From: a virus
Lineage: Duplodnaviria; Caudoviricetes
IMG/VR virus record: IMGVR_UViG_3300018422_000112
Span: 1-50,187 of that record
Strand: one strand, 5' to 3'
DNA length: 50,187 nucleotides
Part shown: positions 16,765 through 25,792 of the stretch, piece by piece
Layout of the letters: each line of letters starts with the position of its first letter
Numbering within the stretch: the stretch's first letter is position 1
The notes under the pieces: generated by a model
What the model was told of the DNA's origin: nothing
Databases searched by the model: none
Seen by the model: only the letters and a program-made list of their open reading frames with translations
Position numbers and translations under genes: made by a program

Positions 16765-16850
16765 GGCGCATCGGCTCCGCCGACCAGGCTCTCGTCTCCG
16801 ACCACGCCCGTCTGCGCGGTCGCGGCCCTGCGGGCTTCGATCCTTTGCGC
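16765..16850 (+). repeat. Structured element E8 (inside mini-ORF 16722..16895)
   Basis: GGCCCTGCGGGCTTCGATCC shared with E4; closing stem GCGCA/TGCGC. Confidence 0.88.
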
Positions 16851-16887
16851 TGTTCGTCCGAACTTCCTCACGCTTCCGGAGATACCG

Positions 16888-17367
16888 ATGCCTGACCAGC
16901 AAGTCCGCCGCAAACGGCGTTCGTTTTCCGCGTCTCGCGCGGTCGAAATAGCCGGGCGCGTGCTGCTCAAGATCAAGTCGGACGACAATCTCACCTATTT
17001 CGAGTTGGGGCGGATCATCGGCAAATCGGCGGATCAGGCGGAGCGCATCGCCAAGGGCAACTCCACCATGGACATGCCAACCTTTCTCGCTGCCTGCGAT
17101 TACTGGGGCGAGCGGTTCGCTGATCGCGTGCTGGCGCTTACGAACCTTCGCACCGCCCCCTGCGGCGCCAAGTGCAGCACGGACCATGACGGCGGCCTGG
17201 CGCTGGCGAGGCTTCTCCCGCCCATCCTTGAGGCCGAGGCTGACGGGGAGGCTACGGCGACCGAACTGCGACCGCACGAAAACCTCATCCGCAAGGCTCA
17301 CCAGAAGACAGGCCACTGGCTGGAGATCATCGCGGCCGAGCCGATCGTTCAGGCGGTGCGGGCATGA
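16888..17367 (+). CDS. CII-like regulatory protein
   Basis: N-terminal HTH (LTYFELGRIIGKSADQAERI); position in the early-right operon. Confidence 0.55.
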   Translation: MPDQQVRRKRRSFSASRAVEIAGRVLLKIKSDDNLTYFELGRIIGKSADQAERIAKGNSTMDMPTFLAACDYWGERFADRVLALTNLRTAPCGAKCSTDHDGGLALARLLPPILEAEADGEATATELRPHENLIRKAHQKTGHWLEIIAAEPIVQAVRA

Positions 17368-17567
17368 GCCGCGCCACGCGCTTCTTGGCACGGCATTTTG
17401 GCCTTTGCGTGGCCGCAGCGGTCTGTGTTGCCGGCGTCGTGCTCTTCAAACTCGACCTGAAGACTACGGCAATCGTCGTCGTGTCGATCGGTGCGCTTTG
17501 GATCGGCGATGCCTGGGACGAAGATACGAGTGGCGACGCAGCCAACCGGCTGAAGGGGGCGGCGTGA
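17364..17567 (+). CDS. Small two-TM membrane protein
   Basis: Two hydrophobic helices; coupled at both ends. Confidence 0.55.
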   Translation: MSRATRFLARHFGLCVAAAVCVAGVVLFKLDLKTTAIVVVSIGALWIGDAWDEDTSGDAANRLKGAA

Positions 17568-18211
17568 GCCAGAACACCTCATCGGCGGTTATGCAACGGC
17601 GGAGCGAGCCGCACGACTCGCTGGACGATTTCCCGACGCCCCCCTGGGCGACCCGCGCGCTGTGTGAATGGCTTAATCGCCGTGGCGAAAACATAGGCCA
17701 GCTCAACTGCCGCGAGCCTGCGGCCAATCGCGGTCACATGGTTGCGCCGTTGCGCGAGTATTTCCGCCGCGTCGAGGCCAGCGACATCCACGATTATGGC
17801 GTAGGCTATCCGGTCGAGGACTATCTGTTCGGGCCTCCGCCAGAGCATGTCCACTACACCATCACGAATCCTCCTTTCCGCCTCGCCGAGCAGTTCATCG
17901 ACAGGATGACCGCGACAAGCGATTTCGGCTTTGCGGTCATCGTGCGCGCAGCCTTCTTGGAGGGCGTGGGCCGCTACGAACGGCTGTTCAGCAAGAACCC
18001 GCCCAGCTTCGTCCTGCAGTTCTCAGAGCGAGTCGTGATGCACAAGGGCCGGTTGGCCCCGGAGGGGTCAACCGCCACGGCCTATGCTTGGCTGGTCTGG
18101 ATCGAAGGCGAGGATGAGACGCGCCTCGAATGGTTTCCGCCCTGTCGTAAGCGCCTCGAGCGCGCGTCGGACTATCCGGCTGAGACCTCCAAATTCTCGG
18201 AGGCAGCATGA
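17564..18211 (+). CDS. Orphan DNA adenine methyltransferase-like protein
   Basis: DDFPTPPW, EPAANRGH, ASDI, ITNPPF; GTG start. Confidence 0.85.
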   Translation: MSQNTSSAVMQRRSEPHDSLDDFPTPPWATRALCEWLNRRGENIGQLNCREPAANRGHMVAPLREYFRRVEASDIHDYGVGYPVEDYLFGPPPEHVHYTITNPPFRLAEQFIDRMTATSDFGFAVIVRAAFLEGVGRYERLFSKNPPSFVLQFSERVVMHKGRLAPEGSTATAYAWLVWIEGEDETRLEWFPPCRKRLERASDYPAETSKFSEAA

Positions 18212-18441
18212 CCGAAACCGAACTCGTTCAACGCTGCCTCGCCGACCGCAGAGAGAAGCAGATACAGGCGCTCGTCGACACATTGCAGGACATTGCCGAT
18301 TCCGGTCCGGACAAGGAGCCGCACCCTCATAAAGGTTCGGATCACGACGTTCTGCTCGCTTACGAGGATGGGCACGCCGATGCCGCTCATGAGCTAGCCA
18401 AAAAGGCGCGCGCCGCCCTCAGCGATTGGGGCGAGGCATGA
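18208..18441 (+). CDS. Hypothetical phage protein
   Basis: ATGA-coupled ORF. Confidence 0.55.
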   Translation: MTETELVQRCLADRREKQIQALVDTLQDIADSGPDKEPHPHKGSDHDVLLAYEDGHADAAHELAKKARAALSDWGEA

Positions 18442-18450
18442 CCGCGCGCT

Positions 18451-18538
18451 GCGAGAGGATCGTCGCCCGTGAGGGGCGAGACGCGCAGCGGCTCGATGAG
18501 CGAAGCGAGCAGAGCCGTGCCGCCGCAGGCGGTCTCGC
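18451..18538 (-). repeat. Structured element E12 (inside mini-ORF 18438..18578)
   Basis: CCGCCTGCGGCGG, CGCTTCGC, CGAGCC..CGTCTCG; closing stem GCGAGA/TCTCGC. Confidence 0.82.
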
Positions 18539-18574
18539 TCAACCTCTAGGTCCACACTCACATCAGAGGATAGG

Positions 18575-18931
18575 ATGAACCTCGAGCTCCCATTTCCCGC
18601 CAAGATCCTCTGGCCCAACGGCCGCGGGCATCACATGGCGAAGCACCGCGCGTTCCAGAAGCATAAGCAATGGGCCTACAGCGCTGTCTGTGCCGCGGGC
18701 GGCCGCCGCATGGCCGAGAACACGTCCGACCTGATTCAGTGGTCCGCCACCTTCTATCCCAAAACGCGCAACAAGATCGATCGCGACAATGCCGCCGCCA
18801 GCCTGAAGGCGTTTCAGGATGGGATCGCCCTGGCAATGGGCACGGGAGACGACATGTTCGACACTCCCACCATCCACTTCGCCGAGCCCGTCAAGAACGG
18901 GTCCGTCGTCATCGTGATCGGGGAGGGGTGA
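18575..18931 (+). CDS. rusA: RusA-like Holliday junction resolvase
   Basis: [17 protein letters not shown]...DD motif. Confidence 0.8.
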   Translation: MNLELPFPAKILWPNGRGHHMAKHRAFQKHKQWAYSAVCAAGGRRMAENTSDLIQWSATFYPKTRNKIDRDNAAASLKAFQDGIALAMGTGDDMFDTPTIHFAEPVKNGSVVIVIGEG

Positions 18932-19371
18932 TGTACGAGGCCTATCGCGCCGCGATGCAAGCCTCTGCGCAGGCTCCTTGCGACATAGCGGTCCGCGCCC
19001 CGCATCGCGCAAGTCAGCTTCCTGGCTGGCGCCCGCCGGCACGTTATCGGTTCATGGGCATGTACATCGTGCCGGCCGCCCATCCACCCTCGATTTTGCG
19101 CATCCAGCAGCGCGTGGCGGAGGCCTATGCCATCCCGCTAATCGAGATGACGAGCCAGCGCCGCAGCCGCATTGTCGCCCGCCCGCGGCAAGTCGCCATG
19201 TACCTTGCAAAAACACTGACCCCTCGAAGCCTCGCCGAGATCGGCCGCCGCTTCGGCGGGCGCGACCACACCACGGTGATCCACGCCGTGCGCCAGATCG
19301 AGAAACTGATGATGGCGGACAAGGCGATGGACGCTCGCGTGCGCCTGCTAGCTGAAAGGCTGGGCGGATGA
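18931..19371 (+). CDS. DnaA C-terminal (domain IV) DNA-binding protein 1
   Basis: [34 protein letters not shown]. Confidence 0.88.
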   Translation: MYEAYRAAMQASAQAPCDIAVRAPHRASQLPGWRPPARYRFMGMYIVPAAHPPSILRIQQRVAEAYAIPLIEMTSQRRSRIVARPRQVAMYLAKTLTPRSLAEIGRRFGGRDHTTVIHAVRQIEKLMMADKAMDARVRLLAERLGG

Positions 19372-19432
19372 AGCACGAAACTCTCCTCCCGCGTCCCGAG
19401 CCCATGTTCACTCTTGGGGGGGTGTCGGAGAT

Positions 19433-20128
19433 ATGAGCGCCGCCTGCCTCGTCGCGCAACTCGCTGCGGTGGGCACTCCACCTGAACTCTTAGCGGCCGT
19501 CGCACAAGAGCTGTTCACGGCCGAGACCGAGCGCAGGATCCTAGCGGAGAGGCGGCACAACGAGCGCGAGCGCAAGGCCCGGTCACGTGACGGCACGGGA
19601 CAGGGCGTGACAGACGGTGACAGGCTGGGACGGGGTTCTCTTGATAAAAAGACCCAGACCCAAAAAATTAATCTCTTACCACATGAAGTTAATACTCTCC
19701 CCGCGCGCGAGCCGGTCGAAATCCTGGCCGAATGCGTCGATGCGATCGTCACGGCACACCTCAAGCGCTGGCGCGGTCAGCCACCGCCCCACGGCGTCAC
19801 CGACGAGCAATGGCTGGGCTTCCTCGATCATCGCAAGGCCCACCCAAAGGGCGGCAAGTTCACCGACCGAGCCTACACGCTGCTCTGTAACAAGCTGACC
19901 GGTCTAGCCGAGCATGGATTTCCACCTGGCCAGATGATCGACCTCGCCATCGAGCGGGGTTGGATAACCGTTTTCGAACCTCACGATCAAACAGGACCAA
20001 GAAATGGACGATCAGGAAACGGCATGGGGAGACATCAACCCTCCGATGGTCTCAGCCCGACCACAAGGGCAGCTCTCCGCGTCTTTGGAGCGCCTCCAGC
20101 CGGCGACGAGCGAAGAGTTCCGCAATGA
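19433..20128 (+). CDS. Replication initiator (lambda O-like)
   Basis: Internal iterons plus AT-rich tract; W-x-x-F-x-x-HRK...GW C-terminal domain. Confidence 0.65.
   Translation: MSAACLVAQLAAVGTPPELLAAVAQELFTAETERRILAERRHNERERKARSRDGTGQGVTDGDRLGRGSLDKKTQTQKINLLPHEVNTLPAREPVEILAECVDAIVTAHLKRWRGQPPPHGVTDEQWLGFLDHRKAHPKGGKFTDRAYTLLCNKLTGLAEHGFPPGQMIDLAIERGWITVFEPHDQTGPRNGRSGNGMGRHQPSDGLSPTTRAALRVFGAPPAGDERRVPQ
19582..19696. promoter_or_regulatory. Putative phage replication origin
   Basis: GKGAC at 19587/19597/19607/19617/19627 (10-bp phase), then AT-rich tract at 19640-19696. Confidence 0.65.
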
Positions 20129-20507
20129 GCTGACGGCCTGCCTGATCCTAGTCGCCCCGGTCGGGATGACGGAGGAGGCCCGCGGCGAGTGGCTTGCCGT
20201 GGCCTGGCAGACCCTCAAGCATTTGCCGGCGGACGTGCTGGCCTATGGCTGCGCAAAAGCCCGGGAGGCCTGCGACCATCCCGCCAAGCTCGTTCCCGCC
20301 ATCGTCCGCGAGACGGAGGAGATGATGCGCTGGCGCCGCGATTCGGTGAGGAGCGAGGGCGGAACCGTTCCGCAAGCCCTGCTTCCTGAGCCGGAGCGCT
20401 GCACGCCAGAACAGGCGAAAGCGATCCTCGAGGAGTTCGGGCTCACCTCGCGCTTCCGATCGAGCCGCGACATTTCCACCACACCAAACACTCCAGGAGA
20501 CGCGTAA
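20004..20507 (+). CDS. Putative helicase loader (P-like position)
   Basis: Follows and overlaps the initiator; positional call. Confidence 0.45.
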   Translation: MDDQETAWGDINPPMVSARPQGQLSASLERLQPATSEEFRNELTACLILVAPVGMTEEARGEWLAVAWQTLKHLPADVLAYGCAKAREACDHPAKLVPAIVRETEEMMRWRRDSVRSEGGTVPQALLPEPERCTPEQAKAILEEFGLTSRFRSSRDISTTPNTPGDA

Positions 20508-20530
20508 ATGGCGAGCAGGGGAAAGAGGAC

Positions 20531-20929
20531 ATGCTGATGCAGATCGATCGCTATGCGAGCCCGGATACACTGGCCGAGTGCAGCAACGCGCCGCTTATCG
20601 TGTGCCAACTCATCTTCCTTGTGACGGAGGGTGATCGAGCGCATCTCAGCCTGTTGCGAGGCGATGAGCTTGGACAGGAAACGGTGCGCGAACGCCACGC
20701 CATTTCGTGGGTGTCGCGGACATATACGCATTCGAGCTTCACTCAGATAGGTCGCGGGCTGGGGTGCGATCATTCGGCTGTCGTCCGTGGACACAATCGG
20801 GCGAAGCTGCTGCGCATCATCGATGAGGACTTTCGGCAGTTCTCGGATAAGCTCGCAGTGAGCGCTGGGCTCGCTTCGAAGGCATCTGGGCCCAAGCGCC
20901 CTGTCCAGCGGCATCCTGTGCCGGCCTGA
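20531..20929 (+). CDS. DnaA domain IV-like HTH protein 2 (candidate late regulator)
   Basis: ERHAISWVSR..SFTQIGRGLGCDHSAVVRG. Confidence 0.7.
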   Translation: MLMQIDRYASPDTLAECSNAPLIVCQLIFLVTEGDRAHLSLLRGDELGQETVRERHAISWVSRTYTHSSFTQIGRGLGCDHSAVVRGHNRAKLLRIIDEDFRQFSDKLAVSAGLASKASGPKRPVQRHPVPA

Positions 20930-20950
20930 ACAAAGGTAGAGTCCAAAGCT

Positions 20951-21430
20951 ATGGCCGCAACATCCGCCACCTACACCGATGAGCAGCGCGGGATAATCGT
21001 CGCGCACGTTTTGACCGAGCTTGCCGGCGGACGCGCCGTGAGCCGTATCCTGCGTGAGGATGGTGGAATGCCTGCGGCGGCCACGTTCTGGAACTGGTAT
21101 TACGCGGACGAAACACTGATGGAAAAAGTCGCGCGTGCGCGGGAAAACGGCGTCGAGGCGATCATGGACGAAACGCTCGCCATCGCCGACGAGCAGGAGA
21201 TAGGTGAGACCGTTACCGAGGACGGCGATAAGACGACGATCAAGCGCGAGGACATGCTCGGCCATCGCAAGCTCCGCATCGACACGCGCCACAAATATGC
21301 TCAGATGATCGCGCCGCGGAAGTACGGACCCAAGCTCGACCTGACCTCTGGCGGCGAGAAGATCGGACTGACGGCTGAGATCGAGGGAGCTCGGCGCCGC
21401 GCCGCCGAAAAGCTGAGTGATGGCGACTAA
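20951..21430 (+). CDS. terS: Terminase small subunit
   Basis: GMPAAATFWNW...KLRIDTRHK...PRKYG (Sf6-type); upstream of terL. Confidence 0.85.
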   Translation: MAATSATYTDEQRGIIVAHVLTELAGGRAVSRILREDGGMPAAATFWNWYYADETLMEKVARARENGVEAIMDETLAIADEQEIGETVTEDGDKTTIKREDMLGHRKLRIDTRHKYAQMIAPRKYGPKLDLTSGGEKIGLTAEIEGARRRAAEKLSDGD

Positions 21431-22925
21431 AACCGACCCAGCGGTAGAGCTTGCCCGCGATATCGGCTCCTACGCATTCGACCCGCTAGGCCACGCTATC
21501 TATGCCTATCCGTGGGAGACGGAACGCTTGCCCCAGTCCGGCCCCAGGACATGGCAGCGCGAGACGATGATCGAGATCGCCGAGCATCTGCAGAGCCGGA
21601 ATAGGTTTCAGCCGCTCAGGATCGCGAGGGCATCGGGCCACGGCATCGGCAAGTCCGCCGACATCGCCATGATCGGTAAGTGGGCGATCGACACTTGCGT
21701 CGATACGCGCGTCCTGATCACCGCCAACACCGAGCCGCAGCTTCTCACCAAGACCAGCCCGGAAGTGATGAAGTGGAACCGGCTGGCGATCACCCGCGAC
21801 TGGTTCAAGCCCGCGGCGATGAAGCTGTCATCGGCCATGCCCGGCCATGAGGATAGCTGGCGCCTCGATCTCGTCACCTGGTCCGAGCACAACACCGAAG
21901 CGTTCGCTGGCCTTCACAACCTCGGCAAGCGCATCGTGGTTTTGTTCGATGAAGCCTCCCGCATCGCCGACAAGGTGTGGGAGGTGACGGAAGGGGCGCT
22001 GACCGACGAGGACACCGAACTCATCTGGATCGTGTTCGGCAACCCGACGCTCAACACGGGCCGATTTCGGCAGTGCTTCGGCAAGGATCGCAACCGCTGG
22101 AGCGCGAAGCAGATCGACAGCCGGACCGTTGAAGGGACGAACAAGGAGTATCTCGCGGGCCAGATAGAGGCTTACGGGCTCAAGAGCGATTTCGTGAAGG
22201 TGCGCGTGCTTGGCCAGTTCCCGTCCGCGTCGTCGATGCAGTTCATCGCCACCGACGTTGCCCAGGCCGCGCGCACCCGCGCCATCCCTCCGGGCCTCGT
22301 TACAGATCCGATCATCTTCGGCGTGGATTGCGCGCGATTCGGCGACGATCATTCGACCTTAGCGATCCGGTGCGGCCGCGACGCTCGCACCCGGCCGTGG
22401 AAACGCTGGTACGGGGTCGATTCCATGACATTGGCCGGCGATATCGCGCTCGAGGCTCAGATGTGGAAGCCCGATGCGATCTTCGTCGACGCCGGCAATA
22501 TCGGGGCGGCGGTGATCGACAGGCTTCGTCAGCTATTGCCGGGCTCGCCGATCTTCGAAGTCTGGTTCGGCGGGAAGGGCCGCGACGTCGAATGGTCGAC
22601 CGGCCTGAGGGTGCGGACCGCGAACAAGCGAGCCGAGATGTATTGCTCGTTGAGGGCGTGGCTTCCGAATGGGGCGATCCCCGACGAGCAGGCGATAGAG
22701 GATGACCTCACCGGGTCGGAGTACGGCTATAACAACGAGCAGGCGATCCAGCTCGAAAAGAAGGAGCATATGAAGGCGCGCGGGCTTCCTTCGCCCGATG
22801 ACGGCGATGCGCTCGCCTGCACCTTTGCGGCGCCGGTTGCGCCGCGCGTGCCTGCACACCGCGATCCGTTGAGCTATATCCCGCAGGGCGGTCCTGTCGA
22901 TCGCTACGCCGAGCTGAGGGACTGA
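21420..22925 (+). CDS. terL: Terminase large subunit
   Basis: SGHGIGKS Walker A, VLFDEA Walker B, GNPT, GVDCARFGDD, SPDDGDAL. Confidence 0.95.
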   Translation: MATKTDPAVELARDIGSYAFDPLGHAIYAYPWETERLPQSGPRTWQRETMIEIAEHLQSRNRFQPLRIARASGHGIGKSADIAMIGKWAIDTCVDTRVLITANTEPQLLTKTSPEVMKWNRLAITRDWFKPAAMKLSSAMPGHEDSWRLDLVTWSEHNTEAFAGLHNLGKRIVVLFDEASRIADKVWEVTEGALTDEDTELIWIVFGNPTLNTGRFRQCFGKDRNRWSAKQIDSRTVEGTNKEYLAGQIEAYGLKSDFVKVRVLGQFPSASSMQFIATDVAQAARTRAIPPGLVTDPIIFGVDCARFGDDHSTLAIRCGRDARTRPWKRWYGVDSMTLAGDIALEAQMWKPDAIFVDAGNIGAAVIDRLRQLLPGSPIFEVWFGGKGRDVEWSTGLRVRTANKRAEMYCSLRAWLPNGAIPDEQAIEDDLTGSEYGYNNEQAIQLEKKEHMKARGLPSPDDGDALACTFAAPVAPRVPAHRDPLSYIPQGGPVDRYAELRD

Positions 22926-22927
22926 GC

Positions 22928-23200
22928 ATGACCTTAGACGATTTCGAGAAAGCCCTGCCGCCTCATAAGGCGTCGCTCCATCTCACGCATAACGACCACC
23001 TCTCCAATTATATGACCGTCCAAGAGGACGACGAGAGCCCGATTGGTGGTGGAGATTGGGTCTCTGAAGCAGAGCGCGACAAGGCTTACGAAGCGAACGA
23101 AATGTGGCAGTTGCAATGGTATCCGGAGACACCGGTCGGATTCTGCATCATCAAGGCCAGCTCGCTCGAAGCGATCTTCGTCTATCTCGCCGCTCAGTGA
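22928..23200 (+). CDS. Hypothetical protein
   Basis: WQLQWYPETPVGF; GAGG RBS. Confidence 0.6.
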   Translation: MTLDDFEKALPPHKASLHLTHNDHLSNYMTVQEDDESPIGGGDWVSEAERDKAYEANEMWQLQWYPETPVGFCIIKASSLEAIFVYLAAQ

Positions 23201-23427
23201 TGCCAGCCCTCCGCAACATCCGCGAGCAGGACGTCTACGGCAGGCTGATGGTGTTCGCCGACTTCACCGCGCCAGACGGCAGGCAGGGCTCGGTGCATGT
23301 GCCTGTGGAGGAATATCGAGCCCACGGCGAGATCGTGCTGGAGCAGCAGGCCGATGCGTGCTGTGTACAGTCGAGAGCCCATGGGTATCGCGAGCCGGGG
23401 GTGGATCGGTACGAGGAGTTGAGGTAG
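23200..23427 (+). CDS. Hypothetical protein ending in a copy of the TerL C-terminus
   Basis: TGATG coupling; VDRYEELR vs TerL VDRYAELR. Confidence 0.5.
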   Translation: MPALRNIREQDVYGRLMVFADFTAPDGRQGSVHVPVEEYRAHGEIVLEQQADACCVQSRAHGYREPGVDRYEELR

Positions 23428-23546
23428 AGTGCGCGCATGCCAGAATGGCTTAAGATCGCCTTGGTTGTCTGGACCCTCCTGATGCTGGCGCCCCTACTGC
23501 TGCTGGTGAGCATGCTCATGCCGGCCAATAAGGTAGCTGACTGACC

Positions 23547-23594
23547 CTGTGCATCCCCCCGCCTAGAGCCTGATCCTGCCGCTATCCAAGCGGC
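23547..23594 (+). promoter_or_regulatory. Putative late promoter 1
   Basis: CTGTGCATCCC-25 nt-TATCCA-6 nt-ATG. Confidence 0.7.
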
Positions 23595-23777
23595 ATGTGC
23601 CTGCCAAGCGCTCCAGACCTTCCCACGCCCGTTGAGCGTCAGGCGGCGAAACAGCCCGCCGGCGACATCCGCGCCCGCCTGACGGATCGGGACCGCAGGC
23701 GCCGCGGCTACGCATCGACCATGTTCGCTCCATCCGCACTGGGCGCTCCCGGCACCACCAACATCACGGGCGTCTAG
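23595..23777 (+). CDS. Small virion protein upstream of the portal
   Basis: MC...RRRRGYASTM pattern typical of the podoviral pre-portal gene. Confidence 0.65.
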   Translation: MCLPSAPDLPTPVERQAAKQPAGDIRARLTDRDRRRRGYASTMFAPSALGAPGTTNITGV

Positions 23778-25511
23778 GTGGCCACCGAAGGCACCCTGAC
23801 CCTCCGGACCACCGACGACGAGAAGCTGCGCAAATATTGCGATGACCGCTTCAAGGGCATGATGGCGCAGCGCGGCGAGCACGACGCCGAATGGTACGAG
23901 ATCGCCGGTCTCTGTCTCCCCCACCGATCGAAGCAGCTCGTCGAGAACCACAAGGGCAAGCACCGCAGCGCCACGGCCAAGGTCACTCGCTACAACGATC
24001 ACGGCATCCGCTCGTTCGAGGTCTGCGCGAACGGGATGCTGTCCGGCCTGTCTTCCCGATCCCGCGCATGGCTGAAGCCGACCCTAATCGACGAGGATCT
24101 GATGAACTTCTACCCCGTCCGAGCGTGGCTGGACGAGGTTGGGACGATCATCATGTCCGCGTTCGCCATGTCGAACTTCTACGAGGTCCAGCTTGCCAGC
24201 TATCTGGAGCTTGCCGCGTTTGGGACCGCGGCAAAAATCATCCAGCCCCATCGCGAGACGATCAGCGTCAACCATAGCCTGACGGCCGGCGAATATGCGA
24301 TTTCGACCGGCGAGGACCAGCGGCCCGACTCCCTCGCCCGAACCTATACGCTCACCGCCCGCCAGATGGTCGAGCGGTTCGTCGCCGAGAAGTTCGACAG
24401 CAAGACGCTGCACTGGGGCCGCGTCACCCGCGAGGTCAAGGAGGCGTGGAGCGGCGGTCATTACGAGCGCACCTTCTCCGTCAATCAGCTGATCGAGCCC
24501 AACCCCGAATATATCCCCGGCCGTATCGGCAAGATCGGAATGCGGTTCCGTTCGATGAAGTGGGAGCCGGGTGAGGAGAACAAGAAGAAGTTCCTCTGCA
24601 TCGAAGGCTATCACGAACAGCCCTTCACCGCGCCGCGCTGGGAAACGCTGGGCGGCGATGTCTATGGGACGGGCAGGGGCGCGAAGGCGCTCGGCTCGCT
24701 TCGCGGGCTCCAGCTCGCGGAGAAGAGGAGCGGCGAGGCCGAGGACATGGCGGTCAAGCCGCCGACCTGGGGCCCGCCCACGGTCGACAGGGTCGGGATG
24801 CTGCCTGGCCAGCACACGACGGTCGCGGCCGTCGACATGCAGGTCGGCATCAAGCCCGTTTACGAAATACCCTTTCAGGTCATGGAGCGCCTGGATGCGA
24901 AGGTAGACCGCGTCCAGCGTGCCATCGATCGGCTCACCTATGCCGACCTCTTCATGGCGATCACCAACATGGAGGGGGTGCAGCCCCGGAACATGGAGGA
25001 ATTGATCCGCCGGCATGAGGAGCAACTGACCCAGCTTGGCCCCGTCACGGACAGGGTCAACACGGAAGACCTGCAAATCTCGTTCGACCGCATGTTCGGC
25101 ATCCTCTCGCGGGGTGGGCTCCTGCCTGAGGCTCCGCCAGACATCCAAGGCCAGGAGATACAGGTCGATTTTACGTCCGTCCTCGCCCAGGCCCAGAAGC
25201 TGCTCGGCATCTCGCAGACGGAACGGGCCGTGAGCTTCGTCGGCAACCTCGCCGCGTCCTTCCCCGAGGCGGGAGACAATCTCGATCCCGACGCCATCGT
25301 CCACGATTATTGGGAGCGGTCCGGCGCCCCGACCACCGGCCTTCGCGATCCCAAGGTGCGCGACAAGATCAGGGCCGACCGTGCGGCGGCTCAGCAGGCC
25401 GAGCGCATCGCCGCGATGATGCCGGCTGCCAAGGACGGAGCCGACGCCGCCCGCCTGCTGTCCGAGGCCGACACGGGCAGCGGTTCGATGCTGGAAAGGC
25501 TGATTCCGTGA
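23778..25511 (+). CDS. Portal (head-tail connector), BPP-1 Bbp21-like
   Basis: LAAFGTA, PRWE...YGTG, EEQLTQLGPV; size and position. Confidence 0.92.
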   Translation: MATEGTLTLRTTDDEKLRKYCDDRFKGMMAQRGEHDAEWYEIAGLCLPHRSKQLVENHKGKHRSATAKVTRYNDHGIRSFEVCANGMLSGLSSRSRAWLKPTLIDEDLMNFYPVRAWLDEVGTIIMSAFAMSNFYEVQLASYLELAAFGTAAKIIQPHRETISVNHSLTAGEYAISTGEDQRPDSLARTYTLTARQMVERFVAEKFDSKTLHWGRVTREVKEAWSGGHYERTFSVNQLIEPNPEYIPGRIGKIGMRFRSMKWEPGEENKKKFLCIEGYHEQPFTAPRWETLGGDVYGTGRGAKALGSLRGLQLAEKRSGEAEDMAVKPPTWGPPTVDRVGMLPGQHTTVAAVDMQVGIKPVYEIPFQVMERLDAKVDRVQRAIDRLTYADLFMAITNMEGVQPRNMEELIRRHEEQLTQLGPVTDRVNTEDLQISFDRMFGILSRGGLLPEAPPDIQGQEIQVDFTSVLAQAQKLLGISQTERAVSFVGNLAASFPEAGDNLDPDAIVHDYWERSGAPTTGLRDPKVRDKIRADRAAAQQAERIAAMMPAAKDGADAARLLSEADTGSGSMLERLIP

Positions 25512-25792
25512 AACCCAACGCCCTCGACTTGGCGATGCGCCAGCTAATCCTTGCACAGCCCTTCCGCACATTCCTGCTTGAAGTCGTCAGGCAGGCCGGT
25601 ATCTTGTCGCCAACTGCTGGAGCCGAACACACCCTTCGTGAAGGGTACAGGTCTCTGGGGTTGGACATACTTCGCCTAGCCGCGCGCGGACTGCCGCGAG
25701 GGACGATCGAGCAAGTTCTCGTCCTTGTGCTGAGCGAAACCACCCCAAAGGAGACCGATGATGATCCAGAAGAGCCCGCCGAACGATCTTAG
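25508..25792 (+). CDS. Bbp19-like small protein
   Basis: REGYRSLGLDIL motif between portal and scaffold. Confidence 0.7.
   Translation: MKPNALDLAMRQLILAQPFRTFLLEVVRQAGILSPTAGAEHTLREGYRSLGLDILRLAARGLPRGTIEQVLVLVLSETTPKETDDDPEEPAERS

Noticed and set aside
13983-16994. 1003-aa minus-strand ORF
   Set aside because: It is in codon register with plus-strand genes at 14577, 15039, 15756 and 15948, so it is largely an antisense shadow in high-GC DNA; no motifs or RBS
4965-18538. Elements as CRISPR repeats, classical attC sites or IS ends
   Set aside because: No regular spacing or cas genes; no RYYYAAC/GTTRRRY cores at the ends; both orientations occur; no transposase and no target duplication seen
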